NCBI GenBank assembly: GCA_965112735.1
Contig: OZ218957.1
Coordinates: forward strand, 1,178,001-1,242,000
Direction of reading: 5' to 3'
DNA from: Phaeosaccion multiseriatum
Lineage: Eukaryota > Protista > Ochrophyta, other classes
DNA: 64,000 nucleotides
In this document: positions 9,317 to 20,648 of the stretch, piece after piece
Numbering within the stretch: the first letter of the stretch is position 1
Layout: each line of letters opens with the position of its first letter
Translations under genes and position numbers: made by a program
The notes under the pieces: generated by a model
Told to the model about the DNA's origin: nothing
What the model saw: the letters and a program-made list of their open reading frames with translations, nothing else
Database searches by the model: none

Positions 9317-12300
9317 TCCAGCAAGGAGCCAGATTGGGCCATTTTGAGCCCATCCAAGGCCCCACTTGGCGCTGTTGCGGCACTGGAGTACCTCACGTAG
9401 ATCTGTTGACCTGAGCATATGCTCGGTGCGGGCATGATGCGGCCAGCAAATGCGTCGTTCGGCCTGTGTATGCCCCGCAAATGCCGGCTTGGGGCCTTTT
9501 TGATCCCAGCAAGGAGCCAGATTGGGCCATTTCAGCCCATTCAAGGCCCCACTTGGCGCTGTTATGGCACTGTAGTATCTCAGCTGGGCCTATTGACCTG
9601 AGCATATGCTCGGTGCGGGCATGATGCGGCCAGCAAATGCGTCGTTCGGCCTGTGTATGCCCCGCAAATGCCGGCTTGGGGCCTTTTTGATCCCAGCAAG
9701 GAGCCAGATTGGGCCATTTGAGCCCATCCAAGGCCCCACTTGGCGCTGTTGCGGCACTGTAGTATCTCAGCTGGGCCTGTTGTCCTGAGCACATGCTCAG
9801 CGCGGGCATGATGCGGCCAGCAAATGCGTCGTTCGGCCTGTGTGGGCCAAATAAACCCAGCAAGGAGCCAGATTGGGCCATTTCAGCCCATTCAAGGCCC
9901 CACTTGGCGCTGTTGCGGCACTGTAGTATCTCAGCTGGGCCTGTTGACCTGAGCACATGCTCAGCGCGGGCATGATGCGGCCAGCAAATGCGTCGTTCGG
10001 CCTGTGTATGCCCCGCAAATGCCGGCTTGGGGCCTTTTTGATCCCAGGAAGGAGCCAGATTGGGCCATTTGAGCCCATCCAAGGCCCCACTTGGCGCTGT
10101 TGCGGCACTGTAGTATCTCAGCTGGGCACGTTGACCTGAGCATATGCTCGGTGCGGGCATGATGCGGCCAGCAAATGCGTCGTTCTGGCTGTGTGGGCCA
10201 TAAAAATCCAGCAAGGAGCCAGATTGGGCCATTTGAGCCCACCCAATGCCCTACTTGGCGCTGTTGCGGCACTGTAGTATCTCAGTTGGGCCTGTGGTCC
10301 TGAGCACATGCTCAGCGCGGGCATGATGCGGCCAGGAAATGCGTCGTTCTGGCTGTGTGGGCCAGAAAAATCCAGCAAGGAGCCAGATTGGGCCATTTTG
10401 AGCCCATCCAAGGCCCCACTTGGCGCTGTTGCGGCACTGGAGTACCTCACGTAGATCTGTTGACCTGAGCATATGCTCGGTGCGGGCATGATGCGGCCAG
10501 CAAATGCGTCGTTCGGCCTGTGTATGCCCCGCAAATGCCGGCTTGGGGCCTTTTTGATCCCAGCAAGGAGCCAGATTGGGCCATTTGAGCCCATCCAAGG
10601 CCCCACTTGGCGCTGTTGCGGCACTGTAGTATCTCAGCTGGGCATGTTGACCTGAGCATATGCTCGGTGCGGGCATGATGCGGCCAGCAAATGCGTCGTT
10701 CGGCCTGTGTATGCCCCGCAAATGCCGGCTTGGGGCCTTTTTGATCCCAGCAAGGAGCCAGATTGGGCCATTGAGCCCATCCAAGGCCCCACTTGGCGCT
10801 GTTATGGCACTGTAGTACCTCAGCTGGGCCTATTGACCTGAGATTCGGCTCGGTGCGGGCATGATGTGGCCAGCAAATGCGTCGTTCGGCCTGTGTATGC
10901 CCCGCAAATGCCGGCTTGGGGCCTTTTTGATCCCAGCAAGGAGCCAGATTGGGCCATTTGAGCCCATTCAAGGCCCCACTTGGCGCTGTTGCGGCACTGT
11001 AGTATCTCAGCTGGGCCTGTGGTCCTGAGCACATGCTCAGCGCGGGCATGATGCGGCCAGCAAATGCGTCGTTCGGCCTGTGTATGCCCCGCAAATGCCG
11101 GCTTGGGGCCTTTTTGATCCCAGCAAGGAGCCAGATTGGGCCATTTGAGCCCATCCAAGGCCCCACTTGGCGCTGTTGCGGCACTGTAGTATCTCAGCTG
11201 GGCATGTTGACCTGAGCATATGCTCGGTGCGGGCATGATGCGGCCAGCAAATGCGTCGTTCGGCCTGTGTATGCCCCGCAAATGCCGGCTTGGGGCCTTT
11301 TTGATCCCAGCAAGGAGCCAGATTGGGCCATTTGAGCCCATCCAAGGCCCCACTTGGCGCTGTTATGGCACTGTAGTATCTCAGCTGGGCCTATTGACCT
11401 GAGATTCGGCTCGGTGCGGGCATGATGTGGCCAGCAAATGCGTCGTTCGGCCTGTGTATGCCCCGCAAATGCCGGCTTGGGGCCTTTTTGATCCCAGCAA
11501 GGAGCCAGATTGGGCCATTTGAGCCCATTCAAGGCCCCACTTGGCGCTGTTGCGGCACTGTAGTATCTCAGCTGGGCCTGTGGTCCTGAGCACAAGCTCA
11601 GCGCGGGCATGATTCGGCCAGCAAATGCGTCGTTCGGCCTGTGTATGCCCCGCAAATGCCGGCTTGGGGTTTTTTTGATCCCAGCAAGGAGCCAGATTGG
11701 GCCATTTGAGCCCATCCAAGGCCCCACTTGGCGCTGTTGCGGCACTGTAGTATCTCAGCTGGGCCTGTGGTCCTGAGCACATGCTCAGCGCGGGCATGAT
11801 GCGGCCAGCAAATGCGTCGTTCTGGCTGTGTGGGCCAGAAAAATCCAGCAAGGAGCCAGATTGGGCCATTTGAGCCCATCCAAGGCCCCACTTGGCGCTG
11901 TTGCGGCACTGTAGTATCTCAGCTGGGCCTGTGGTCCTGAGCACATGCTCAGCGCGGGCATGATGCGGCCAGGAAATGCGTCGTTCTGGCTGTGTGGGCC
12001 ATAAAAATCCAGCAAGGAGCCAGATTGGGCCATTTGAGCCCACCCAAGGCCCTACTTGGCGCTGTTGCGGCACTGTAGTATCTCAGTTGGGCCTGTGGTC
12101 CTGAGCACATGCTCAGCGCGGGCATGATGCGGCCAGGAAATGCGTCGTTCTGGCTGTGTGGGCCAGAAAAATCCAGCAAGGAGCCAGATTGGGCCATTTT
12201 GAGCCCATCCAAGGCCCCACTTGGCGCTGTTGCGGCACTGGAGTACCTCACGTAGATCTGTTGACCTGAGCATATGCTCGGTGCGGGCATGATGCGGCCA

Positions 12301-14001
12301 GCAAATGCGTCGTTCGGCCTGTGTATGCCCCGCAAATGCCGGCTTGGGGCCTTTTTGATCCCAGCAAGGAGCCAGATTGGGCCATTTGAGCCCATCCAAG
12401 GCCCCACTTGGCGCTGTTGCGGCACTGTAGTATCTCAGCTGGGCATGTTGACCTGAGCATATGCTCGGTGCGGGCATGATGCGGCCAGCAAATGCGTCGT
12501 TCGGCCTGTGTATGCCCCGCAAATGCCGGCTTGGGGCCTTTTTGATCCCAGCAAGGAGCCAGATTGGGCCATTGAGCCCATCCAAGGCCCCACTTGGCGC
12601 TGTTATGGCACTGTAGTACCTCAGCTGGGCCTATTGACCTGAGATTCGGCTCGGTGCGGGCATGATGTGGCCAGCAAATGCGTCGTTCGGCCTGTGTATG
12701 CCCCGCAAATGCCGGCTCGGGGCCTTTTTGATCCCAGCAAGGAGCCAGATTGGGCCATTTGAGCCCATTCAAGGCCCCACTTGGCGCTGTTGCGGCACTG
12801 TAGTATCTCAGCTGGGCCTGTGGTCCTGAGCACATGCTCAGCGCGGGCATGATGCGGCCAGCAAATGCGTCGTTCGGCCTGTGTATGCCCCGCAAATGCC
12901 GGCTTGGGGCCTTTTTGATCCCAGCAAGGAGCCAGATTGGGCCATTTGAGCCCATCCAAGGCCCCACTTGGCGCTGTTGCGGCACTGTAGTATCTCAGCT
13001 GGGCATGTTGACCTGAGCATATGCTCGGTGCGGGCATGATGCGGCCAGCAAATGCGTCGTTCGGCCTGTGTATGCCCCGCAAATGCCGGCTTGGGGCCTT
13101 TTTGATCCCAGCAAGGAGCCAGATTGGGCCATTTGAGCCCATCCAAGGCCCCACTTGGCGCTGTTATGGCACTGTAGTATCTCAGCTGGGCCTATTGACC
13201 TGAGATTCGGCTCGGTGCGGGCATGATGTGGCCAGCAAATGCGTCGTTCGGCCTGTGTATGCCCCGCAAATGCCGGCTTGGGGCCTTTTTGATCCCAGCA
13301 AGGAGCCAGATTGGGCCATTTGAGCCCATTCAAGGCCCCACTTGGCGCTGTTGCGGCACTGTAGTATCTCAGCTGGGCCTGTGGTCCTGAGCACATGCTC
13401 AGCGCGGGCATGATTCGGCCAGCAAATGCGTCGTTCGGCCTGTGTATGCCCCGCAAATGCCGGCTTGGGGTTTTTTGATCCCAGCAAGGAGCCAGATTGG
13501 GCCATTTGAGCCCATCCAAGGCCCCACTTGGCGCTGTTGCGGCACTGTAGTATCTCAGCTGGGCCTGTGGTCCTGAGCACATGCTCAGCGCGGGCATGAT
13601 GCGGCCAGCAAATGCGTCGTTCTGGCTGTGTGGGCCAGAAAAATCCAGCAAGGAGCCAGATTGGGCCATTTGAGCCCATCCAAGGCCCCACTTGGCGCTG
13701 TTGCGGCACTGTAGTATCTCAGCTGGGCCTGTGGTCCTGAGCATATGCTCAGCGCGGGCATGATGCGGCCAGCAAATGCGTCGTTCGGCCTGTGTATGCC
13801 CCGCAAATGCCGGCTTGGGGCCTTTTTGATCCCAGCAAGGAGCCAGATTGGGCCATTTCAGCCCATTCAAGGCCCCACTTGGCGCTGTTGCGGCACTGTA
13901 GTATCTCAGCTGGGCCTATTGACCTGAGCATATGCTCGGTGCGGGCATGATGCGGCCAGCAAATGCGTCGTTCGGCCTGTGTATGCCCCGCAAATGCCGG
14001 C
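9317..14001 (+). repeat. Satellite block 2, containing a 1801-bp (10-monomer) tandem higher-order duplication
   Basis: Same monomer; variant pattern and ORF track repeat at +1801 (10251/12052, 10447/12248, 11033/12834). Confidence 0.97.
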
Positions 14002-14403
14002 TTCGCGCCGTCGTGGCGCTCGGGTGGGGGCGGGAATGCAGTGAGGGGCCTCCTCCCTTGTCGTCGGCGAGAGCCGGGGGAAGAACAGGTGCTCCTCAGT
14101 GTCGTCGCGGGAAGTGACGGACCTCAACATCCAGGGCGTCGCCAGCTGTGAGTGAGCAAGTGGGAGGGCTCCTCATCCACACAGTCGTCAGTTGTGAATG
14201 GGGCGCCGGTGAGTCAAGGGCTGGGGATGTTGGGGGAAGGACTCTTCATTAGGAGAGTGCAGCCCTGTGAGGGGCTCCTTCTTCGGAGGCCAGTTGGTCT
14301 CAGAAGAAGGCCGCTTCCATCACAGAGGGCGGACACTGCATTTCGGATGTAGCGGAAGGTAGGGAAGTCACCATGGTGAGTGCCCTACGCCCCGCTTCAC
14401 CCC
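14002..14403 (-). repeat. Split direct repeat B2 (402 bp)
   Basis: Identical to 14913-15314 from TTCGCGCCGTCG to CCCGCTTCACCCC. Confidence 0.93.
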
Positions 14404-14455
14404 GTAGTTAATAAAGAGTATCTAAAACTAAAACTAAGACTGAGGGTGGGTGGGT

Positions 14456-14912
14456 GGGAAAGAAAAGAAGAGTTCCGGCACGCAACACCGTGGAGACTGT
14501 CGGCACGCAACACCAGGCACAGTCTCCCTATCTCTCCTTCTCTCGCCCACGAGGATCCCGGCTCGCAACACCAGGCGGATCCCCTTGGCCAACACAAAGC
14601 GCTCTGTCCGGGCCCGGGACAGAGGCTTGCTTTCCGCCTCACCAGTATCTACCTCTCCTCCTTGGCAGTGTGTCCCGCCTTACCTGTGCACTGTCTCCGT
14701 TGCTTCAGTAGGCGGCAACACACTCCAAGGCTCCTCCTCTTCTAAATTCCTAAGTTCGGTACAAAAGTAATATGTTCCCCGGGGGAGAGGCCGCTCCCCT
14801 CGGGGCTGGACCGCCCGCGGCACTGCCCCTCGGGCCCTCGTTGCCTCCCGCCCACTCCCTCGTCTCTGCTCCGCGAGAAACAAAGTTCCGTTGCTGCGCT
14901 GCTGAACAGGCT
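14456..14912 (-). repeat. Split direct repeat A2 (full-length A)
   Basis: 14456-14733 matches 20649-20926; abuts B1 at GAACAGGCT|TTCGCGCC. Confidence 0.9.
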
Positions 14913-15314
14913 TTCGCGCCGTCGTGGCGCTCGGGTGGGGGCGGGAATGCAGTGAGGGGCCTCCTCCCTTGTCGTCGGCGAGAGCCGGGGGAAGAACAGG
15001 TGCTCCTCAGTGTCGTCGCGGGAAGTGACGGACCTCAACATCCAGGGCGTCGCCAGCTGTGAGTGAGCAAGTGGGAGGGCTCCTCATCCACACAGTCGTC
15101 AGTTGTGAATGGGGCGCCGGTGAGTCAAGGGCTGGGGATGTTGGGGGAAGGACTCTTCATTAGGAGAGTGCAGCCCTGTGAGGGGCTCCTTCTTCGGAGG
15201 CCAGTTGGTCTCAGAAGAAGGCCGCTTCCATCACAGAGGGCGGACACTGCATTTCGGATGTAGCGGAAGGTAGGGAAGTCACCATGGTGAGTGCCCTACG
15301 CCCCGCTTCACCCC
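14913..15314 (-). repeat. Split direct repeat B1 (402 bp)
   Basis: Begins 3 bp after the YR stop; identical to B2. Confidence 0.93.
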
Positions 15315-15317
15315 CTT

Positions 15318-16448
15318 TCATCCGTGTACCTGTGGGGGAGTCGTATCCGCCGACAGCATGCGGCCCGCCCAGCCAAGAGCCTCCTGGACTGTCCTGTGGG
15401 CGTACTGGAAAGCCGTCGTCGACGACCAGCGCCCCCAAAACTGGAGTGCGCGCCAGTCTGCTCCGCTAGCTGCAAGGGCTGTAGCACCTCCACTCCGCAG
15501 GGAGTGAGCGCTGATCCGGTTGGAGTCCCTCCCAGCCCTCGTTGCCCCAGCCTTGAGGGCTCTGCTGACTTGTTGGGAAGTGACGGATGTCCTTCGCCCC
15601 GTCTCGTCGGTGTAGGAGGCGAGGAGAGTGTGCCCTCCCCCAACTTCTCGAGGGCGTACCTGCTCTCTGCCGAAGTGGCAGCGGAGTGCGTCCACAGCAG
15701 CAAGTACCGGGCAAAGCGTGGGGGCGCCTGTCCTCTGGTGCGTACGTGCCTCTCCCTTCCTGAACGCATCTGTCTTGCTGCCTGTGAAAGCCAAAGTCAC
15801 GCGCAGCATCCGCACCCCTCGGCCGACGGCTGCAAGGGCTTCTCTCCCTGAGTAGGCCCGGTTCGCGGCGTCTGTGAACGAGACATCGAGAGGGGTTAGG
15901 ATGTAGCGCACGTCTGCGCTCCCCCTCGTATTGGAGGGGGCAAACTCGCTCACACGCATCAGAAAAAACCACCCCAACCGGATGAGCGCCCAGAGCATGG
16001 TACCCTTCCTCCCCTCCGTGCTGAGCACGCCTCTGGTAGCCTCTAGAAGAGCTACATCCACCGGAAGCTGCGGGATGGAGTCGCCATCGGTGAGTCTGTA
16101 ACTCCGGAGAACCAACTGCACCTGCTTGCCCACCGCGGGGCCTTTCATCCCTTCCCGAGAAAACAGAGCATTCACCGCCGGTCCCTTCCCCTCCAACGTC
16201 GCCGCCTTGTTGCCCCTCTCCTCACGACACCACGCCAGAAAAGCCATGAAGATTTCCGAGTTCCGGGGGTCATCGTCTCCGAAAAGTAGAGGTGGTACCT
16301 CCACTAGTTGGCAGAACTCCATCCATTGACGTTGGACCGATGAGTAGCGATCCAAGGTGCTAGGGCGGAGACCGCTTGCTGCGGCTGCCCGAGCAGAGCT
16401 GAGAAGACCGCGTCCAAAACGATTGAGTCCGGCATGATTTGCGTCCAC
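15318..16448 (-). CDS. Tyrosine recombinase of the retroelement
   Basis: FLMRVSE (R), SKTD (K), LCPV, HSLRSGGAT (HxxR) and GRWSSTTAFQY (W, Y) motifs, with an intact catalytic set. The track start is GTG, so the true start is uncertain. Confidence 0.95.
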   Translation of the reverse strand: MDANHAGLNRFGRGLLSSARAAAASGLRPSTLDRYSSVQRQWMEFCQLVEVPPLLFGDDDPRNSEIFMAFLAWCREERGNKAATLEGKGPAVNALFSREGMKGPAVGKQVQLVLRSYRLTDGDSIPQLPVDVALLEATRGVLSTEGRKGTMLWALIRLGWFFLMRVSEFAPSNTRGSADVRYILTPLDVSFTDAANRAYSGREALAAVGRGVRMLRVTLAFTGSKTDAFRKGEARTHQRTGAPTLCPVLAAVDALRCHFGREQVRPREVGGGHTLLASYTDETGRRTSVTSQQVSRALKAGATRAGRDSNRISAHSLRSGGATALAASGADWRALQFWGRWSSTTAFQYAHRTVQEALGWAGRMLSADTTPPQVHG

Positions 16449-18676
16449 TGAGTGAGGGGCTGTAGGTGAGGGGCAATGGGGGAGGAGCGGTCAGTTCCGA
16501 TGAGATTTTCAATCCAATCACGGCTGAGGTCATCGGGGATAAGGTTGATGCGTCCGGGGACATGGACGGTGTCGAGGCTGCACCGAGCACCGATCTCCAG
16601 GAGGCCCACCAGCCCTGCCAAGCCGTTGCTGATGGAGCTGTTGGGGGCCCCCTGGTTCTCTACCCAAGACAAGCTGCTGGTGTTGTCGCCACGCACTAGC
16701 ACCGCTGAGAGGTCGAAAGCTGTTGGATGTTGGAGCCAGAAGGTGCAGAGGCCCGTAACGATCACGCCCATCTCCAAATCGTTTACAGTGATCAATTTCG
16801 GGACCGTATGGTGTCGGGCTACTACCTCCGCAGGCCAGCGCCACTGTGCGAACATGGAGGCCTCTGCCCATACAATTCCCCCTCCCCAGTCAGACGCGTC
16901 TCCGTCGAGGCAAACGTCCGGTTGGCGAGGGACTAGTAGCTCCAAAGGGCACACCAGGATAGAGGGATCTTTCACCCCCCACACGCAGATAAGATGCCGC
17001 CAGCGCTGGAGGTCGAAAAGGGCGTCGTCGTCCAGAAAGAGCTTCGTACGCCCGGCAAAACGACCCGTACCACAGCCTCTGGTGAGATTGGTGAGCTGAC
17101 GAAGCATGTAACGGCCGGGGCGAATGCAGAAGCTGATGCTGCGGAGCTTGCCGATAAAAGATTGAAGCTCCTTCAGCGTGCAAACGGTGCGAGTTGGAGG
17201 CCACTCCGCCAACAGAGCGTGCAGTTCGGCGAGCTTGTCGGGACGCAGAGAGGCAGTGCCGGCCTCCGTGTCGATCATGATGCCCAAAACTCGCTGCACG
17301 GAACGCCAGGGGCCCTCCTTCCCATGCTTCGCCAGGTTGATGCAGGAGGAAACATGTGGATTTTCCCCAGGCCAGCCGAAGAGGTTGTAGTGCATCGCCG
17401 TGATGATTCTGCTGAGCTGGAGGAGGGGGGCAGCCCGCTCGGCGGAGGGGAGGCCCCGTCGAGCTGCTTTAGCGGCAATGAGGTCGTCGCCGTGAACCAC
17501 AGCATGGTGCTCTGGAATTTCCCCAACCGTCGTCGGAGTACCCCGTAACTGTCGCCGTTGGATTGGCCGTTGCTCCTCCACATCAATCAGCTCCATGCCC
17601 GGGATGAGGCCGTTGCAACAGGCAGGGATGACAAGATGAGTGGTGAGAGCCGTAGCGCAGATGACGGCGACGAGACTCTGGGCCAAGACGAAGTAGAAAG
17701 AGGGGCTAGAGCAAGGGCCAAATCCGCAGCGCAAGTCGAAAACGCACACTGCTCCAACGACCGAGCAGAAGAAAGGCCAGAGGCCGGCCTGGCGGGAGTA
17801 GAAGATCCAGTTGAACGCAGAGCTGACGTCGGTCTTGGAGATGAGAATATCCCACTCGGAGGGGTCGAGAGAAAGGCTCCGCCGAACCAAGTAAGTGAGG
17901 AATTCCGTTAAAGCGTCGTGGCCCTTCATGTTGACTAAAGCCTCCTTGTCGGTCTGGCTGTTGGACGTGGGCTCTCCGTCGGAAGAGGCGAAGGTGGGGT
18001 CGGTGATGAGGCGCCACTCGCCGCTCTTCTTTTGGAGGAGGCCTAGGGGGTTGGGGCGCAAGTCCGGAAAAACCTGGCGCGCCAGCTCCACCGGTACCAG
18101 CAACACTTTCCCCTCCAACGAGCTAGTCACAGCGAGGTCCTCCAGCACCGTAGGATGCTCTCGTCCCGAGGGGTGGTTCCCGTACGCGTCTCGTTGGGCG
18201 GAAGGGACGGAGAAGAAGGTGCCGGGGACGGTGGCACCGTTGGTGGTAAGCTCATGGAGATGTGACCATAAAGGGACGTTGCCGAAGTAGCGCTCAATCC
18301 GTGCGGCGTCGAAGTAGGTGGGAGCGAAGGGAGGGCCTAGCCAAGCAAGGTAGGCCCCCAAGTCTCCGTGGAAGGCGATGAGGCCACGACCGTGGAGCTC
18401 GACGACGGAAGGTGAAAAACTTTTCTCCCCATTGGCGCGGCGTCCAAATGCTGCGTCACTGAGGAAAGTCCGCTCCACCCACGCCCGATCAGCCGGCCGT
18501 TGGTAGCACGGGACTTCGGGGGGCCGACGAGGCGGCCGTTCCGACCCTCGAGTAGCCAAGTCGCTCACCAACGTGTGCTCCGGAGGGCGGCGTGGGGGCC
18601 GGCCCTCGTTCCCCTCAGAGCCCTCTCCCCCTATCCCTGAAGGCACGATGAGAGGTGACACCGTGCCAGGGCCCCC
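16304..18676 (-). CDS. pol: Reverse transcriptase-RNase H (pol)
   Basis: KKSGEWRLITD, KTDVSSAF, GFGPCSSP, HGDDL, VLGIMIDT, LQSFIGKL; RNase H motifs DGDASDWGGG, NDLEM, GDN, HVPGRINLIPDDLSR. In frame with gag across a single TGA. Confidence 0.93.
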   Translation of the reverse strand, partial: GGPGTVSPLIVPSGIGGEGSEGNEGRPPRRPPEHTLVSDLATRGSERPPRRPPEVPCYQRPADRAWVERTFLSDAAFGRRANGEKSFSPSVVELHGRGLIAFHGDLGAYLAWLGPPFAPTYFDAARIERYFGNVPLWSHLHELTTNGATVPGTFFSVPSAQRDAYGNHPSGREHPTVLEDLAVTSSLEGKVLLVPVELARQVFPDLRPNPLGLLQKKSGEWRLITDPTFASSDGEPTSNSQTDKEALVNMKGHDALTEFLTYLVRRSLSLDPSEWDILISKTDVSSAFNWIFYSRQAGLWPFFCSVVGAVCVFDLRCGFGPCSSPSFYFVLAQSLVAVICATALTTHLVIPACCNGLIPGMELIDVEEQRPIQRRQLRGTPTTVGEIPEHHAVVHGDDLIAAKAARRGLPSAERAAPLLQLSRIITAMHYNLFGWPGENPHVSSCINLAKHGKEGPWRSVQRVLGIMIDTEAGTASLRPDKLAELHALLAEWPPTRTVCTLKELQSFIGKLRSISFCIRPGRYMLRQLTNLTRGCGTGRFAGRTKLFLDDDALFDLQRWRHLICVWGVKDPSILVCPLELLVPRQPDVCLDGDASDWGGGIVWAEASMFAQWRWPAEVVARHHTVPKLITVNDLEMGVIVTGLCTFWLQHPTAFDLSAVLVRGDNTSSLSWVENQGAPNSSISNGLAGLVGLLEIGARCSLDTVHVPGRINLIPDDLSRDWIENLIGTDRSSPIAPHLQPLTQWTQIMPDSIVLDAVFSALLGQPQQAVSALAPWIATHRSNVNGWSSAN

Positions 18677-20401
18677 TCACCACCATGGTACCCCCGGAAG
18701 GCCGCCAAGACGAGCAGCGATGTTGTTGGTATGGGCCTTCTCCGCGGCGGTAGGAGCTTTGGAATCCCGCATGCCGCTCCGAAGGTGATGGACGGCTGTG
18801 GACTTCTGAGCAGTAGAGAGGGTGCCAGGGGTGCAAGGGGCGTAAGGGCATGAGCCAGACGAGGCCTCGGCGCACGACTGGGTCTTTAGCAGGGTGGTAC
18901 AGGGTTTCAGAGCGCCATTCCCACGTCCGCCTCCCCCTCCGTTGCTGTTGCGTGTCCCCCCCAAGTCCATATCACGCAGCAGGCACGTGAGGAGGCCACG
19001 TTGGACGATGAGGGCCGCCGGGGAAGCGTAGTGGTCGAGCAGAGCGTGAAGAGAGAAGACAGGAGCGGTGTCGTAGGAAGCGGGAGGGAGGCTTTGGCAG
19101 CTGAGCCACTTAGCCGAGTTGATGGAGTGGAGGTCGAGCAGGGCGTTGGCTGTGGAGCACAGGATGTCGGGGGGCATCCCTAGGGCCGAGGAGTCGCTGC
19201 GAGTGCACAGCTCGTCGAGGGTCGTAGAGAACTCGTCGAATTCGTTGATGAAGTTGGCGTTCTCGGGGTAGACCAAACGGATGACGCTGACGAAGTTGTC
19301 GACAGTTGTCCGTAGGGCAGCGAACGAGCGAGGGAGGGGGCGAGCGACCGTAGGGAGAGCGATCACCGCGCCTCCTGCTTCTGCGCTCGAGCGTTGTAGG
19401 TCCGAATGCTCCAAGCGCAGAGCCGCGCTGAGCGCCGTGGTGCGCTCGCGGGGGGTGCAGCACTGAAGCTCGAAACCATCAGGGATCCCAAACCGACCTT
19501 GGAGGAGCCCAGTGATGGCTTTGGGGTCGAACGCGACGTCTCGTGGGCTCATGAGCGTCTGCACTGCTGCAGTGACGCCGTGGGCGCCTTGGCGACGCAC
19601 GTGAGAGACCTTGCCACCGTTAAGTAGGATAGCTAATGGGGCGACGGATTTACCTTTGTCTTCGCGGGTCGTGGTGGCGGAGGTGGCCGCTGTAGCCTTG
19701 GCCTCAGCGAGGCGAAGCTGCGCCAGCTCCGTCTCCGCTGTACGTTTCTCTAACTCAAGCTTATCCTCTGCTTCCGCGCGGTGGCGCTCACGATCTCGAA
19801 GAAAACGACGATGCTCGCGCTCAGCTGCTTCCTCCTCCCGAATCGCGAGAAGGGCCGCCTCGGAGAGAGGGGCCGAAGGCGAATGGGAGGAAGATTGGGG
19901 AGGCAAGTGAGGTGCTGCCATCGTAGAAGAAGTCTGAACCTTGGGCTCCGAATGAAGGCGAGCAGGGCCCGACGGAAGAGACGTGGTAGAAGTAGTAGGG
20001 AAGAGGGTGTGGAGGAGTGAGGCTGAAGGCGCCGGTTGGGCAACAACGCCTACTGCGGCAAGGTCTGTGAACGTCGAAACGGTCACGAGGTGCCAGCGAA
20101 CGGATTCCTCCGCCGGTGAAGTGGGCAGAGAAGAGAGCTCACTCGGAGGGTTGGTGGAGGCCACCGCAAGCCACTCCTCCCAGACGTCTTGAGCGTAGAT
20201 GTCGTCCGTGGGAAGGGAGAGGACGTGGTAGGAGGCCTCCGTGTAGTGACTTTTCCCTGAGCGAACCAGAATTGCTGGACGAAAGGAACCCTGAGACGAC
20301 TTGTCCTTGTAGATGACGAGCGCTGCTTCTCCGTTGTTGGGACGGTGGGCGGCGACCCGAAGGAGCCTCGCGGCGTCCGATGAAGTGTCAAGAGGTGACA
20401 T
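18677..20401 (-). CDS. gag: ORF1 Gag-like protein
   Basis: First ATG at 20401 (MSPLDTSS); coiled coil; C-terminal Cys cluster CTTLLKTQSCAEASSGSCPYAPC; first ORF of the YR element. Confidence 0.75.
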   Translation of the reverse strand: MSPLDTSSDAARLLRVAAHRPNNGEAALVIYKDKSSQGSFRPAILVRSGKSHYTEASYHVLSLPTDDIYAQDVWEEWLAVASTNPPSELSSLPTSPAEESVRWHLVTVSTFTDLAAVGVVAQPAPSASLLHTLFPTTSTTSLPSGPARLHSEPKVQTSSTMAAPHLPPQSSSHSPSAPLSEAALLAIREEEAAEREHRRFLRDRERHRAEAEDKLELEKRTAETELAQLRLAEAKATAATSATTTREDKGKSVAPLAILLNGGKVSHVRRQGAHGVTAAVQTLMSPRDVAFDPKAITGLLQGRFGIPDGFELQCCTPRERTTALSAALRLEHSDLQRSSAEAGGAVIALPTVARPLPRSFAALRTTVDNFVSVIRLVYPENANFINEFDEFSTTLDELCTRSDSSALGMPPDILCSTANALLDLHSINSAKWLSCQSLPPASYDTAPVFSLHALLDHYASPAALIVQRGLLTCLLRDMDLGGTRNSNGGGGGRGNGALKPCTTLLKTQSCAEASSGSCPYAPCTPGTLSTAQKSTAVHHLRSGMRDSKAPTAAEKAHTNNIAARLGGLPGVPWW

Positions 20402-20648
20402 GGTAGGAAAAACTTTGGTGGTCTGGTGGCGTGCACGTGGGCCACACCCCCCAAAGAATTGGGCCACGGGAGAGAGAGGAGAAGGCGGAGAGGGTAGTAG
20501 GACGTCAGGAGAGTCCTACAGTGATAGGCTGGTGGTGGGGAAAGGGCGAAGAGGGCAAAAGGCGCCGGTACGCAACACCGGGGAGGCGGTCGGCACGCAA
20601 CACCAGACACCGCGGTCCTAAGCCATAGAGCCCCACAACACCGGCGAA

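Noticed and set aside
14404-14455. Telomere-like TTTTAG repeats and AATAAA between A2 and B2
   Set aside because: Only 2-3 copies; this is the element's A2/B2 spacer, and the AATAAA is antisense to the ORFs.
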